Shown: positions 1 to 10,740 of the stretch, one piece after another
Layout: each line of letters begins with the position of its first letter
How positions within the stretch are numbered: the first letter of the stretch is position 1
Source: Candidatus Poribacteria bacterium
Lineage (GTDB): Bacteria; Poribacteria; WGA-4E; UBA9662
Assembly (NCBI GenBank): GCA_046582655.1
Contig: JAYGDX010000073.1
Location: forward strand, 31,746 to 95,745
DNA length: 64,000 nt
Direction: 5' to 3'
Made by a program: the position numbers and the translations under genes
The notes under the pieces: model-generated
The model's input: the letters and a program-made list of their open reading frames with translations, nothing else
The model's database searches: none
Told to the model about the DNA's origin: nothing

Positions 1-205
1 AAACAGGAAAACAAACCACATTTTCTTCATGTTTTTTATTTGAATTTTAAAAAAAATTATGATATATTTGACGACTCGTAAGTGAATTTTCATCATGTTT
101 CTGGTGGATTGTCCTTATGAGAAAGATGTTGGATTTGCAATAGAGCAATAACATATTTGAAACTGCTATTCTGTTAAAGTAAAGAGGAACGATAGTTACT
201 ACAGC

Positions 206-919
206 ATGAACGAAAACCCAGATGCGCAAGCGTATCGCGAGAAATTTAACGCTATATGGAACCATTTCCAAAATGGTTATAATCCAGCAGTTTATGACCC
301 CGAACGCGCTGCAGGATTTGAGGGAAGAAAGACCAGTTTAGCGCTTGCAATTTTGATCAAAAACTCTGAGATTCTCTCCCAAATAGCTGAAGTGGCCGAT
401 ACTGTCAGCAGGATTGCCGATGTCTACGTCATGCCTCCAGATTATTATCATATCACTGTCAAATGGCTTGGGTTTCTAACCGATCAGAAGGTGCTTGAAT
501 GTGATATAGAAACTTATATGCTGGAGCAGATTCTGGAGCAGGCTGAACAGATCATTTCACGTATTCAGGTTTTCCAAATCCGCTTAGGAAGGATTAATGG
601 TCTTGAAGGCTATATTGTTTTAGAAGCCGAAGATAACGGTGCAATTGCTCAGATTCAAGGTCACTTTCATTCTGAGGCAACAGCGATTCCTAAATATCCA
701 CTTGAGGGGGAAAGATGGTTACCACATATGAGCATAGCTGGTGTTAAAAGCAAGCATCAACTTGGCGAATTGAAAGAGAAAATCAAAAAGATCCGCAACA
801 TCGAAGTTGGTACCATCGAAGTGACTCATATTGATTTGTTACAGGCAGTCCTAAAAAAACCATACCCGCACTGTCAAATTCTACAATCTTTCCCACTCGC
901 TCCTTCTTCCTCGATCTAG
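206..919 (+). CDS. 2H phosphoesterase superfamily protein (LigT/ThpR-like 2'-5' RNA ligase / cyclic phosphodiesterase)
   Basis: Two H-x-T/S-x motifs (YHITVKW and PHMSIAGV) spaced as in the 2H family. Size is about 237 aa. Confidence 0.5.
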   Translation: MNENPDAQAYREKFNAIWNHFQNGYNPAVYDPERAAGFEGRKTSLALAILIKNSEILSQIAEVADTVSRIADVYVMPPDYYHITVKWLGFLTDQKVLECDIETYMLEQILEQAEQIISRIQVFQIRLGRINGLEGYIVLEAEDNGAIAQIQGHFHSEATAIPKYPLEGERWLPHMSIAGVKSKHQLGELKEKIKKIRNIEVGTIEVTHIDLLQAVLKKPYPHCQILQSFPLAPSSSI

Positions 920-1062
920 GATCACAAAGTAACCTGCTTTATCCCAGTTCTGGCTGCCTATAACCCATTTGACATCTTGAGGATGATCCTTTTATATTTG
1001 AAGATTAACCATAAATAGAATATAATGTCGCTTGCGAACTAACGAAAATTAAGGGTGTAAGT

Positions 1063-2112
1063 ATGGTAAGAATTGGAATTATCGGCATCGGCTTTATGGG
1101 AATGATTCATTACTATGGCATACAAAAAGTCCTAGGTGGTAAAGTCACAGCTATCTGTACGAGAAACCCGGAAAAATTGGATGGAGACTGGACATCAATC
1201 CAAGGCAATTTTGGGCCGAGAGGATCATTGGAAGATCTATCAGATATTAAGACTTATGACGATATTGATGTCATCCTCGCAGATCCAGAAATAGATCTAA
1301 TTGATATATGTTTGCCAACTCATCGTCACAAAGATGTTACCATTTCAGCACTTAAATCAGGAAAGCATGTCTTGGTTGAAAAACCAATTGCGATTGATCT
1401 CGACTCTGCAAATGAAATGACACGGGTTGCAGATGAAACCGGCAACAGATTGATGGTGGCTCATGTCCTACCATTCTTTGCAGAATTCAGTTACGCACTT
1501 GAAGCAGTTAAAAATGGTGAATACGGTGAACTATTGAGTGCAAACCTAAAACGCATAACCTCAAAATCTGCCGATCCCCCTAGTGCCGCTGACGTAGAAA
1601 AGAGCGGTGGCCCGGGCATTGATCTACATATCCATGACACACATTTTATTCAGTTATTGAATGGTATGCCGGACGCTGTCTTCTCACAGGGAAAACTCAT
1701 TGGTGAGAAATATACTAACTACCTGACGACTCAATATATCTATAAAGATAATCCAGTCACAATTAGTTGTTCCTCTGGTTCTATATCACAAAAGGGGAGA
1801 GCTTTTTCACATGGATTCGAGATTTTCTTGCAGAAAGCTACACTACTTTTCGAATCCGCAACGCTGGGTGGCCAACCAGTTATTTCACAACCGCTTACAA
1901 TCATTACTGATGATGGCGAAGTAGAACAGGTAAATCTAGGCGATACCAATCCGGTTGACGCATTTACCAATGAAATACATCATGCTGTTGACGCTATCAA
2001 TAGCAATTCAGACCCTGCCTTGCTTTCCGGTGATAAAGCTAGAGATGCACTACTTCTCTGCTATAAAGAAGCTGAATCTGTCCGTACTGGGGAGATCATC
2101 ACAGTCGAATGA
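1063..2112 (+). CDS. Gfo/Idh/MocA family NAD(P)-dependent oxidoreductase
   Basis: N-terminal Rossmann motif MVRIGIIGIGFMG. EKP motif (LVEKPIA). Length typical for the family. Confidence 0.8.
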   Translation: MVRIGIIGIGFMGMIHYYGIQKVLGGKVTAICTRNPEKLDGDWTSIQGNFGPRGSLEDLSDIKTYDDIDVILADPEIDLIDICLPTHRHKDVTISALKSGKHVLVEKPIAIDLDSANEMTRVADETGNRLMVAHVLPFFAEFSYALEAVKNGEYGELLSANLKRITSKSADPPSAADVEKSGGPGIDLHIHDTHFIQLLNGMPDAVFSQGKLIGEKYTNYLTTQYIYKDNPVTISCSSGSISQKGRAFSHGFEIFLQKATLLFESATLGGQPVISQPLTIITDDGEVEQVNLGDTNPVDAFTNEIHHAVDAINSNSDPALLSGDKARDALLLCYKEAESVRTGEIITVE

Positions 2113-2996
2113 GAGTCGCAATTATCTCTCGTGGCAATCAAGTATATTCAACTCGCAGATTAATGGAGGCCGCCGAGCTTTCAGGACATCAAACGCAAAT
2201 TCTTGACCCATTCGGTTTCTCACTACATGTTCAAAATGATAATATCCGAATATTTTACAATGGATACGTTGCGGAAAATTTTGACCTGATTATTCCTCGT
2301 TTTAGTGCGGCAACAGCAGAATTTGGGTTCGAAATTCTATCACATTTCGCCTCACTTCACACTGCATGTATTATCAACTCACCAGATGCCATTCAGAACG
2401 CACGCCATAAATTTAGATCCCTGCGCATTCTTGCTGAACATAATATTCCTATACTACCTAGTTTCACTACTGGGACCACCGAATCACTAGAGCAATCGGT
2501 TTCTTATATAGGTGCTGAATATCCTGTTATAGCCAAGCCTTTCATCGGTACACATGGCAAGGGTATTATGCTGCTTGACACTCTCATCTCACTGCAATCA
2601 GCGATCGGTGCAATGTGTGATGTTAATCGGAACTATGTTGTGCAAAAGTATGTCGACCTCAATTCAAGTGGGGATGTCCGGGTAATCGTTGTTGGCGATA
2701 AGGCGGTCGCTGGTATGAAACGTGTTCCCCAAAACGGTGAATTTCGCTCTAACGTTCATCGGGGCGGAATTGGTCACCAGCTCATCATTGGTCATGAATT
2801 GAGAGATATCGCTGTTGGTGCGGTGAAAACCCTCAATTTGGAGGTGGCAGGCGTTGATTTAGTAGAAACAGAAGGTGGGTATGCTGTACTTGAAGTCAAT
2901 CCATCACCTGGTTTTGAGGAGATTGAGGCAGTGACAAGCATACATGTCGCTGAAGCGATTATCGCATTTGCTATAGAAGCAACCAAAGAAGAATGA
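2109..2996 (+). CDS. RimK-type ATP-grasp ligase (alpha-L-glutamate ligase family)
   Basis: N-terminus MRVAIISR...STRRL resembles RimK. ATP-grasp C-terminal motifs are present (EVNPSPGF). The start overlaps the previous gene by 4 nt (ATGA). Confidence 0.65.
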   Translation: MRVAIISRGNQVYSTRRLMEAAELSGHQTQILDPFGFSLHVQNDNIRIFYNGYVAENFDLIIPRFSAATAEFGFEILSHFASLHTACIINSPDAIQNARHKFRSLRILAEHNIPILPSFTTGTTESLEQSVSYIGAEYPVIAKPFIGTHGKGIMLLDTLISLQSAIGAMCDVNRNYVVQKYVDLNSSGDVRVIVVGDKAVAGMKRVPQNGEFRSNVHRGGIGHQLIIGHELRDIAVGAVKTLNLEVAGVDLVETEGGYAVLEVNPSPGFEEIEAVTSIHVAEAIIAFAIEATKEE

Positions 2997-4606
2997 ATGA
3001 TTCAGAAGACTTACAAGATGTAATGCGAAGCGTTGGTATTGTCAGCATAGCCATAATGGTTTCGCGGGTCTTAGGCCTTGTACGAGAGCAAGTCGTGGCC
3101 TACTTCTTTGGATCAACTGCTGTCACTGACGCTTTTTATGCTGCGTTCCGTATCCCAAATTTGATGCGGGATCTATTTGGTGAAGGGGTTCTGAGCAAGG
3201 CGTTTATCACGACTTTCAAAATAACGGAAGCTGAAGATGGCGAAGAATCTGCTTGGCATTTATCGAACCGGATTTTTAACAGTGTGGCTGTGGTTCTTGT
3301 TATCCTGACAATGATTGGTATTTTGATTGCACCAATCATTGTTGATCTCATGTTTATGGGGCGAGGTTTTGATGTTCACCTCAATCCCTCCGATCATTTT
3401 GGTTTCACCAATAAGCGTGATCTTACCGTTTATCTGACCCGAATCATGTTTCCTTTCTTGTTGCTAGTTTCATTTGCCGCTATAGCCATGGGGATTTTAA
3501 ATGGTAGAGGTAAATTTGGCGTTCCAGCAATGGCATCCTCCTTTTTCAATATTTCAACAATTATTATTGGTGTTTTGGGTTATCATCTCGGTCCAAAAGC
3601 CGGGTTTCATCCGGTCACTGGTTTAGCTGTTGGAACCTTGGTTGGAGGAGGAACACAGTTTTTTATCCAGTTGCCGTCAATGTGGTGTGTTGGATTCCGT
3701 TACCGGTTGCTAATCAGTTTTAAAGATAAACGTGTCAAGCAGGTGTTTTTTTTAGTCGTTCCTGCAATCTTAGGGGTGGCAGCAGTACAAATCAATGTTT
3801 TGGTTAATGGTATGTTCGCCTCGGCAGGTGAAAACTGGCTTTCATGGATTGCGTGGGCCTTTCGGTTGATGCATCTTCCGATCGGCATTTTTGGTGTGGC
3901 CATATCAACCGTTGCATTGCCGAACTTGGCTGGATTTGTGTCAAGAGGTGAAATCGAAGAGTTTCGTGAATCGTTCTCGTTTGCTTTGCGGCTGGTTTTT
4001 CTCTTAACAATTCCTGCTTCGGTTGGATTAATGGTTTTATCCAAACCCATCTGCCAATTAATTTATGGGATTGGTAAGAATTTTGAGAACACCGATCCGA
4101 TTGCGGTAACCTTATTCTTTTACTCTTTTGGATTGTGTGGTTATTCGGCTGTCAAGATTGTAACTGACGGCTTTTACGCTTTTAATGACACGAAAACGCC
4201 TGTCAAAGTTAGTTTATTAGCAGTCGGGCTCAACATTGTCCTTAACTATTTTTTTATCTTTAAATTGGGGTTGGAATACAGATCCCTTGCGCTTTCAACT
4301 TCCTGTACGATAACGCTAAATTTTTTACTTTTGCTGATCTTACTACGCAGAAAAATTGGGAGTCTTGCCTTAGAAGGTATTTGGCATTTCTTAATTAAAC
4401 TTGGGTTCGCCAGTACTATTATGGGAATTAGTTGCTGGATCACGAGTTCAATCATTAAAAACCAGATGAGCGCTGACAGTTTGATCGGCCGTTTGCTTGA
4501 AGTATTTCTGCCCATAAGTACTGGGTTGTTGGTTCTAGTTGTGATGTATAAACTGTTGAAAATCCGGGAACTGGATCAGTTGCTCAATGGCATCCTGCGG
4601 TGCTAG
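2993..4606 (+). CDS. murJ: lipid II flippase MurJ (MviN)
   Basis: Classic MurJ N-terminus (VSRVLGLVREQVVAYFFG, FYAAFRIPNLMRDLFGEG). About 14 predicted TM segments. ATGA overlap with the upstream gene. Confidence 0.85.
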   Translation: MNDSEDLQDVMRSVGIVSIAIMVSRVLGLVREQVVAYFFGSTAVTDAFYAAFRIPNLMRDLFGEGVLSKAFITTFKITEAEDGEESAWHLSNRIFNSVAVVLVILTMIGILIAPIIVDLMFMGRGFDVHLNPSDHFGFTNKRDLTVYLTRIMFPFLLLVSFAAIAMGILNGRGKFGVPAMASSFFNISTIIIGVLGYHLGPKAGFHPVTGLAVGTLVGGGTQFFIQLPSMWCVGFRYRLLISFKDKRVKQVFFLVVPAILGVAAVQINVLVNGMFASAGENWLSWIAWAFRLMHLPIGIFGVAISTVALPNLAGFVSRGEIEEFRESFSFALRLVFLLTIPASVGLMVLSKPICQLIYGIGKNFENTDPIAVTLFFYSFGLCGYSAVKIVTDGFYAFNDTKTPVKVSLLAVGLNIVLNYFFIFKLGLEYRSLALSTSCTITLNFLLLLILLRRKIGSLALEGIWHFLIKLGFASTIMGISCWITSSIIKNQMSADSLIGRLLEVFLPISTGLLVLVVMYKLLKIRELDQLLNGILRC

Positions 4607-4986
4607 CTGAAAGTCGATTGACAGTATTCAGTCACCATGATATGATTTGCGCCGTGGAACTTACGTTGAAAAATTGTCAGAAACTGGTCGACGACTGGGT
4701 GCAAACAATTGGTCTTCGTTATTTCTCAGAATTGACCAATACCGCGATTTTGATGGAAGAGGTGGGTGAGGTGGCCAGAATCATGTCCCGTCGTTTCGGC
4801 GATCAAAGCTTCAAGAAATCCGATTTGGAGGTCGATTTAGCAGAAGAGATGGCCGATGTTCTCTTTGTTTTGATTTGTTTGGCAAATCAGACCCACATAG
4901 ATCTCGAATCAGCGTTTCGGCAGTCAATTAAAAAGAAGACAAAACGGGACGAACAACGGCATCTCGACAACCCAAAATTAAACTAA
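4600..4986 (+). CDS. MazG-like nucleotide pyrophosphohydrolase domain protein
   Basis: MazG core motifs EEVGEVAR and EEMADVLFVL. The true start may be the internal Met at 4642. Confidence 0.6.
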   Translation: MLAESRLTVFSHHDMICAVELTLKNCQKLVDDWVQTIGLRYFSELTNTAILMEEVGEVARIMSRRFGDQSFKKSDLEVDLAEEMADVLFVLICLANQTHIDLESAFRQSIKKKTKRDEQRHLDNPKLN

Positions 4987-4999
4987 GGCTAACAAGAAA

Positions 5000-5818
5000 A
5001 TGGATCAAGAAACAGTCAGCTTAATGGTATCGCAACGTCTGCATTTTGATATTTACGGGTATGTTTTATTGAAAAACGTGTTGGCACCAGATGAGATTGA
5101 ACGGATGAAGTCTGCTCTTCATCGGGCTGACAAGGACCCAAATCTGGATGCCGACACCCAGGTATATGTGAGACGGAATAGTGATCATTATGTGTTACTC
5201 GGCAATTTGGTAGAGTATGATTCAGCATTACTGGAATATGCGGTTCATCCCAAGCTCGTTCCCTTAGTAGAGGAGGTTGTTGGTGGCAAGGTACGATTGG
5301 AAGAAACGGAAGCGATCATCAATAGCCGCGATCCGGATACCGATCTGCAGGAATTGGAGAAACGATGTTATAATCCAATTGGGTTTCATCGTGGAACCCA
5401 ACACGGTTGGGGAACTTATATTGAACAAAACAAGTTTCACTGTGTTTTCGTCAAAACCCTTGCTTACCTGACGAATGTTGGACCGGACGATGGCGGAACA
5501 GCTTTTATTCCAGGTAGTCATCGTTTGACTTGGGACCGGAGTGAAATGATTGAGGCAGCTATGTCGGATGACAGCCTCGTTTGTCAAGTAGAAGCTGAGG
5601 CTGGAGATATCCTGTTGTTTCCTGAATCATTAATTCACAGTACAACTGCAATCAAATCTGATAGGGAGCGAACGATTCTGATTGCTGGTTATACACCAAC
5701 TATGTTCCAACCTTGGCCTGGAAATGAAGTCAATCCCGAGTTCGTCAAAACTTTGCCTGACGAGATGCGCGCATTAATATCTGGCAGTGAAAGCTGGATC
5801 TGGCAACGTAAGTACTAA
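5000..5818 (+). CDS. phytanoyl-CoA dioxygenase (PhyH) family Fe(II)/2-oxoglutarate oxygenase
   Basis: PhyH-like N-terminus (FDIYGYVLLKNVL). His/Asp facial-triad context (FIPGSH). About 270 aa. Confidence 0.7.
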   Translation: MDQETVSLMVSQRLHFDIYGYVLLKNVLAPDEIERMKSALHRADKDPNLDADTQVYVRRNSDHYVLLGNLVEYDSALLEYAVHPKLVPLVEEVVGGKVRLEETEAIINSRDPDTDLQELEKRCYNPIGFHRGTQHGWGTYIEQNKFHCVFVKTLAYLTNVGPDDGGTAFIPGSHRLTWDRSEMIEAAMSDDSLVCQVEAEAGDILLFPESLIHSTTAIKSDRERTILIAGYTPTMFQPWPGNEVNPEFVKTLPDEMRALISGSESWIWQRKY

Positions 5819-5950
5819 ATATCTGACCTTCTTGCAGAGGGTTGGTAATGTCATTTAGATTGGAATGGGAAATCCCCTCATTGATAGTTGATGTGGCGCG
5901 TTTTACCATTTACGCGTGGAATCTATTAAAAATTTCAGGAGAATAGCAAC

Positions 5951-7414
5951 TTGCAAAAAGCGGATATTGGTCTAATAGGGCTAGCCGTAATGGGTGAAAA
6001 CCTGGCTTTGAATATAGAAAGTAAGGGCTTTTCAATTGCCGTTTTTAACCGTACTGTTTCAAAGGTAGATGATCTTATCAACGGACGTGCCAAAGGTAAA
6101 AATTTTATCGGGGCAAAATCGATTGAGGAATTCATCGATTCACTTTCGAGGCCGCGAAAGATCATCCTGTTGGTCAAAGCCGGCGATCCTGTTGATCAAT
6201 TTATTGATATACTAGTTCCCCATCTGGAGAAAGGTGATCTAGTTATTGATGGTGGTAACTCGAATTATATGGACACTATCCGTCGTTCCAAATCACTGAT
6301 GGAAAAAGGATTTCTTTTTATTGGTACGGGAGTTTCAGGTGGTGAGGAAGGTGCGTTAAAAGGACCGGCAATGATGCCTGGTGGATCAGCAGAAGCGTAT
6401 TCGCTTGTTGAATCGATTTTCACCAAAATTGCCGCTCAAGTAGAGGGTGTGCCGTGTTGCTCCTACATCGGTGACAACGGTGCTGGACACTATGTGAAAA
6501 TGGTACATAACGGAATTGAATATGGTGATATGCAGCTTATTTGTGAAGCTTATGACCTGATGACACAAGCACTTGGTATGGATGCCCAGCAGATCCACCA
6601 AGCCTTTGATGAATGGAATCAGGGAGAATTGGGATCATATCTGATTGAAATCACCGCCGATATTTTCACCCAAATCGATCAATCTGGCGTTCCACTAGTC
6701 GATCAAATTCTCGATCAAGCTGGTCAGAAAGGGACAGGTAAGTGGACAGGGATCTCTGCCTTGACACTTGGTGTTTCGGTTCCCACCATCGTGGAAGCCG
6801 TTTTTGCCCGTTGTATTTCTGCCATTAAAAGCGAGCGGGTTGAAGCTTCAAAGATCCTCAGTGGACCAAAAGTTGAGTTTGAGGGAGATAAGGGGGAATT
6901 CCTGAAAGCTATTCGTGACGCACTGTATGCGGCTAAAATATGTTCATATGCTCAAGGGTTTGGCTTGATGCGCCAAGCCAGTTTTAACTATAACTGGAAC
7001 CTCGATTTTGGTCAAATCAGTCTGGGGTGGCGTGGTGGATGTATTATCCGGGCGAAGTTTCTATATCGAATTGCGGAAGCTTTTGACCGCAATCCAAACC
7101 TGCCGAATCTGCTTCTCGACGACTATTTTCAGAATATAATTGGATCCACCCAGCCGAATTGGCGTCGTGTAATTATAACAGCTATCCAACTTGGCATACC
7201 AGTCCCAGCCTTCAGTTCAGCCTTGGCATACTTTGATAGCTACCGTAGTGCTAGAGTTCCGGCCAACCTGATTCAGGCACAACGTGATTATTTTGGCGCA
7301 CACACCTACCACAAGATTAACACCGATGGAAATACCATTGTTGATCAAGTTGGGGAACCAGTCATCTTTCATACTGAGTGGATGCTTAAAGACAGACCAG
7401 AAATCGAAGTATAG
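5951..7414 (+). CDS. gnd: 6-phosphogluconate dehydrogenase, decarboxylating (TTG start)
   Basis: N-terminal Rossmann motif ADIGLIGLAVMGENLALN. Full-length 487 aa with conserved Gnd blocks (GHYVKMVHNGIEYGDMQLI). Confidence 0.9.
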   Translation: MQKADIGLIGLAVMGENLALNIESKGFSIAVFNRTVSKVDDLINGRAKGKNFIGAKSIEEFIDSLSRPRKIILLVKAGDPVDQFIDILVPHLEKGDLVIDGGNSNYMDTIRRSKSLMEKGFLFIGTGVSGGEEGALKGPAMMPGGSAEAYSLVESIFTKIAAQVEGVPCCSYIGDNGAGHYVKMVHNGIEYGDMQLICEAYDLMTQALGMDAQQIHQAFDEWNQGELGSYLIEITADIFTQIDQSGVPLVDQILDQAGQKGTGKWTGISALTLGVSVPTIVEAVFARCISAIKSERVEASKILSGPKVEFEGDKGEFLKAIRDALYAAKICSYAQGFGLMRQASFNYNWNLDFGQISLGWRGGCIIRAKFLYRIAEAFDRNPNLPNLLLDDYFQNIIGSTQPNWRRVIITAIQLGIPVPAFSSALAYFDSYRSARVPANLIQAQRDYFGAHTYHKINTDGNTIVDQVGEPVIFHTEWMLKDRPEIEV

Positions 7415-7424
7415 GAGGAACGGT

Positions 7425-8327
7425 ATGGGCCAAGATCTACAAGCTGAGCTGAAAGCATTTGAGCCTCAGCACGATTTTTTTGTCGGCATCGATTCCGATG
7501 GCTGTGCTTTCAATTCCATGGAAGTCAAGCACAATGACAGCTTCAGTGTCAATTTGATTAAATACTTCGGACTAGCGGCTATTTCTCGACAGGTTCATCA
7601 GGTTTGGGATTTTGTCAATTTGTACTCTAAAACACGTGGTATTAATCGTTTCAAAGCTATTATTCTAGCCTTTGATTTCTTGAGTCAGATGCCGAAAGTC
7701 AAACGGGCTGGGGTGCAGATTCCCGACTTACCTTATTTGCGGGAATGGACAGAGACTGAAACTAAACTTGGTAATCCTGCTCTTGATCAAATCATTAAGA
7801 ATGCAACTGGTGCGCGGTTGGAAGAATTGAGCAAGATCATGGAGTGGAGTCTTGATGTTAATAAGACTATCTCCGAAATTGTCTACAACCTACCCCCTTT
7901 TCCTTATGTTTGCCAAAGTCTCCAGAAATTGGAGGGGCAAGCTGACATGATTGTCGTATCAGCAACACCCTATGAAGCTCTCAAACGGGAATGGGATGAA
8001 CACAACATAAGCCAGTATGTCGCTTTAATCGCAGGTCAGGAGATGGGATCAAAAGCCGAACATCTGGCTATTTCGGCCAAGGGAAAATACGCTGTCGATC
8101 AGATTATCATGATTGGGGATTCGCCCGGCGACCTGAAAGCGGCTCAAAGTATCAATGCTCTTTTCTTCCCTGTCAACCCAGGATATGAAGAGGAATCATG
8201 GCAGCAATTCCTTGATCAGGGAATTGATAAGTTTCTCGGTAGCACATATAAAGGAGCGTATCAGGATCAGTTAATTACTAGATTCGATGCTCTTCTGCCA
8301 GAAGATCCACCTTGGTGTCTAGGCTGA
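7425..8327 (+). CDS. HAD-superfamily hydrolase
   Basis: Motif I-like GIDSDGC and motif IV-like MIGDSPGDL. AGGAGG RBS 8 nt upstream of ATG 7425. The longer ORF from 7284 overlaps gnd and is rejected. Confidence 0.5.
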   Translation: MGQDLQAELKAFEPQHDFFVGIDSDGCAFNSMEVKHNDSFSVNLIKYFGLAAISRQVHQVWDFVNLYSKTRGINRFKAIILAFDFLSQMPKVKRAGVQIPDLPYLREWTETETKLGNPALDQIIKNATGARLEELSKIMEWSLDVNKTISEIVYNLPPFPYVCQSLQKLEGQADMIVVSATPYEALKREWDEHNISQYVALIAGQEMGSKAEHLAISAKGKYAVDQIIMIGDSPGDLKAAQSINALFFPVNPGYEEESWQQFLDQGIDKFLGSTYKGAYQDQLITRFDALLPEDPPWCLG

Positions 8328-8423
8328 GAATTGCATCCTAATTCTGGGTGGATTACAAGATCATGGCTAATTCCAGTTTGGAATAAAGTTTCCAACTACT
8401 TGTTCTGATATATAGCAAGCGGA

Positions 8424-10181
8424 CTAATTCTTGGCTTTGCGCAGATGGTGGATAATCCGATGTGCACTCATCCACCAGGTTGCGGGCTGAATAAAATTGT
8501 TTCTTGCCGTTGGCCATCCTACCCAGTAAGTGGTATCAAAAGGCACGAGTTGAACAGCTTGCGTCAGTGGGATAGTGACCTGTTCAGACATATAGATCTC
8601 CATTGCTTCAGCAAACAGTGGATCAATAGTAGGATCACCTAGAGGAAGAATGCCGATTTGACTGACGATTTGACTGTATGTCTCGGCCTTTGGTCCAGTC
8701 CAACGGACAAAGTTATTGAGGCTGGGCACACGCTCATCAATTGTTCGATAAAATTGGGTTGTATAACGGTTCATGGTGATCCACGGTTCATTGACTGACC
8801 CGCAAGCATCCCAGTCTATAACGGCTTCGAAATTACCAAAGGCCTTATTGTCATTCCAAGTTGAACCAGCAATGGCACGCGTCGTAGCATGAACACCTGC
8901 TATTCGTAACTGCTCAACAATCACATCCGCAACTCGACGTAGCTCAATACCTGCTTCATGAGTTTGGATATTGATCGAGAGTAATTTGCCGTTCTTCTGG
9001 TAAAATCCATCAGCATTGATCCGCCAACCGTTTGTTTCAATTAACATCTGTCCGGACTTCACGTCTGCAGTTGAATCTATCCAGAGGTTCTTGATTACGC
9101 TAATGTAGGGCTCCATCCCAGCATATTCAACAAAGATAGTCTTAGACGGAATCGATGTTCCTTCATAAGCAATTTCAACAATCTGCTGGCGATCGATAAT
9201 TAGACTAAGTGCCTTCCGCATGTCAGGGCTATTCCAAGGTTCAATTGTATGGTTCAAAGACATTTGGCGTGGACAGGGATCTAGCCAGACAAAGGGCATA
9301 CGGTTTTTCCAAGCAATAACATTTCGGTTAATCGCTTGAATTGCTTCGAAAGCACCAAGTGTGATTCCTCCAACACTATCAAGTTGGCTATCAGCAACCA
9401 GCAGTGACCTGTTTTCTTCCACTCCAGTTACGATCCAAATTAATCGTTTGGGAACGGGTAGATCCTGAAAATCTGCTTTAGCTCCCCACCAATCATCACG
9501 CCGATCATATACGAACTCATTCTCGTTGGCACTAACCAGTTGATATGGGCCTGTACCAAAAGGCCAACCTTTCGATGGATCATAGAAATCAAAAGTGAAA
9601 GGATCTTTATCCTTCCAGATATGTTCTGGAAGAATCACAACGTTCCCCCAAACCCGTACCGAGAAGTAATCCAGTTGAAACCGAGGGTTAGGTGATTTCA
9701 AATCAAACTGAACGGTTGAATCATCAATCTTTTTGATGTCTGCTATCCATTGTTGCATATTCGCTGCTTCTGCCAGGGTTTTTGTTCCATCTTTTAATAA
9801 GGTATCGATGGTGAATATAATATCATCGGCATCAAATACTTCACCATCAGCCCACGTTACATCTTTGCGGATTTTAAGTGTCCAGATATCCATATTGTCG
9901 TTCGAGGTGAAACTCCTGCCCAGAAAAGGTTCAATTTGAGTCGTTTCGTAATTTAGTATAAAGAGCGGTTCCCAAACGGTTTGGTGCATACCTTGGCTTC
10001 GAGATGTACCAGGAACCATCCAGTTAAAATTGCGAGGATTAGCCATTTTTCCGTAAGCATCAAAAATAACTGTATCTTCTCTAGGAACATTTTTTAGGGC
10101 AACTACATGGTTGCTAAAAGCTACGGTAAACAGAATGAAAGCTAAAATAAATACAAAATTGTCCTTCATAAAAAAATCCAA
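8424..10181 (-). CDS. ABC transporter substrate-binding protein, family 5 (peptide/nickel/oligosaccharide type)
   Basis: N-terminal signal peptide. SBP_bac_5 size (585 aa) and conserved blocks. No cognate permease is adjacent. Confidence 0.7.
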   Translation of the reverse strand: MDFFMKDNFVFILAFILFTVAFSNHVVALKNVPREDTVIFDAYGKMANPRNFNWMVPGTSRSQGMHQTVWEPLFILNYETTQIEPFLGRSFTSNDNMDIWTLKIRKDVTWADGEVFDADDIIFTIDTLLKDGTKTLAEAANMQQWIADIKKIDDSTVQFDLKSPNPRFQLDYFSVRVWGNVVILPEHIWKDKDPFTFDFYDPSKGWPFGTGPYQLVSANENEFVYDRRDDWWGAKADFQDLPVPKRLIWIVTGVEENRSLLVADSQLDSVGGITLGAFEAIQAINRNVIAWKNRMPFVWLDPCPRQMSLNHTIEPWNSPDMRKALSLIIDRQQIVEIAYEGTSIPSKTIFVEYAGMEPYISVIKNLWIDSTADVKSGQMLIETNGWRINADGFYQKNGKLLSINIQTHEAGIELRRVADVIVEQLRIAGVHATTRAIAGSTWNDNKAFGNFEAVIDWDACGSVNEPWITMNRYTTQFYRTIDERVPSLNNFVRWTGPKAETYSQIVSQIGILPLGDPTIDPLFAEAMEIYMSEQVTIPLTQAVQLVPFDTTYWVGWPTARNNFIQPATWWMSAHRIIHHLRKAKN

Positions 10182-10521
10182 CTTTCAGAATAGGGTAAGA
10201 TTAGTCCAGTATAATTTATTATGTTTCCTTGTCTTAATGCAAGAAAACATGTTGGGAACTGATATGCTTATTTCAGTTGAGTTAATAGTAAGTTTGATGT
10301 GTGTATATTATTTCAGACAGGTTAGTTTTCATAGATATTGAGAGGGTGAACCCCATTTTCGGTCAATGAAAACATGGACCTGCTGGATAAAACAGCAATG
10401 TCGATAGTTAGGTGATTATATTCAAAATAATTAATACCTTTAGCGAAACATCTGCAATAGGTAGCTCGTTATGTATACAAGATATGAAATTTGATCTGAT
10501 AATTACATTGGTGTTGAGTTT

Positions 10522-10740
10522 ATGTGGCTTACATTAGAAGACGCGGCAGAAAAATTAGGCGTTAGTATTGATACTGTCCATGAAGTTCTTGGAACATCAA
10601 TAATACAAATACTGGAATCTCAAGTTGATGAGCTGAGGAACGAGTTAGAGCAGCTACAAAACACATTGCAGCAGAAAGAAACAATGCTATTGTATTTACG
10701 TGAACAACCCTTTGAACTTTGGACTGACAGACGTACATAA
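10522..10740 (+). CDS. small HTH (excisionase/MerR-like) plus coiled-coil protein
   Basis: LTLEDAAEKLGVSIDTVHE helix-turn-helix followed by a heptad-like ELRNELEQLQNTLQQKE. Isolated in a 1.5 kb AT-rich non-coding region. Confidence 0.3.
   Translation: MWLTLEDAAEKLGVSIDTVHEVLGTSIIQILESQVDELRNELEQLQNTLQQKETMLLYLREQPFELWTDRRT

Noticed and set aside
3136-4050. Antisense ORFs inside murJ (3136..3351, 3700..4050, 3804..4010), and similar shadow ORFs inside other confident genes (for example 12276..12617, 16990..17256, 35222..35641, 51995..52462)
   Set aside because: They are fully embedded in the opposite strand of genes with strong family signatures. They are low-complexity or compositionally biased and lack RBSs. 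Typical spurious shadow ORFs.
7284-7424. Longer 5' extension of the HAD-hydrolase ORF overlapping the end of gnd
   Set aside because: The extension overlaps gnd by 130 nt and lacks an RBS. ATG 7425 is preceded by AGGAGG and starts 10 nt after the gnd stop.
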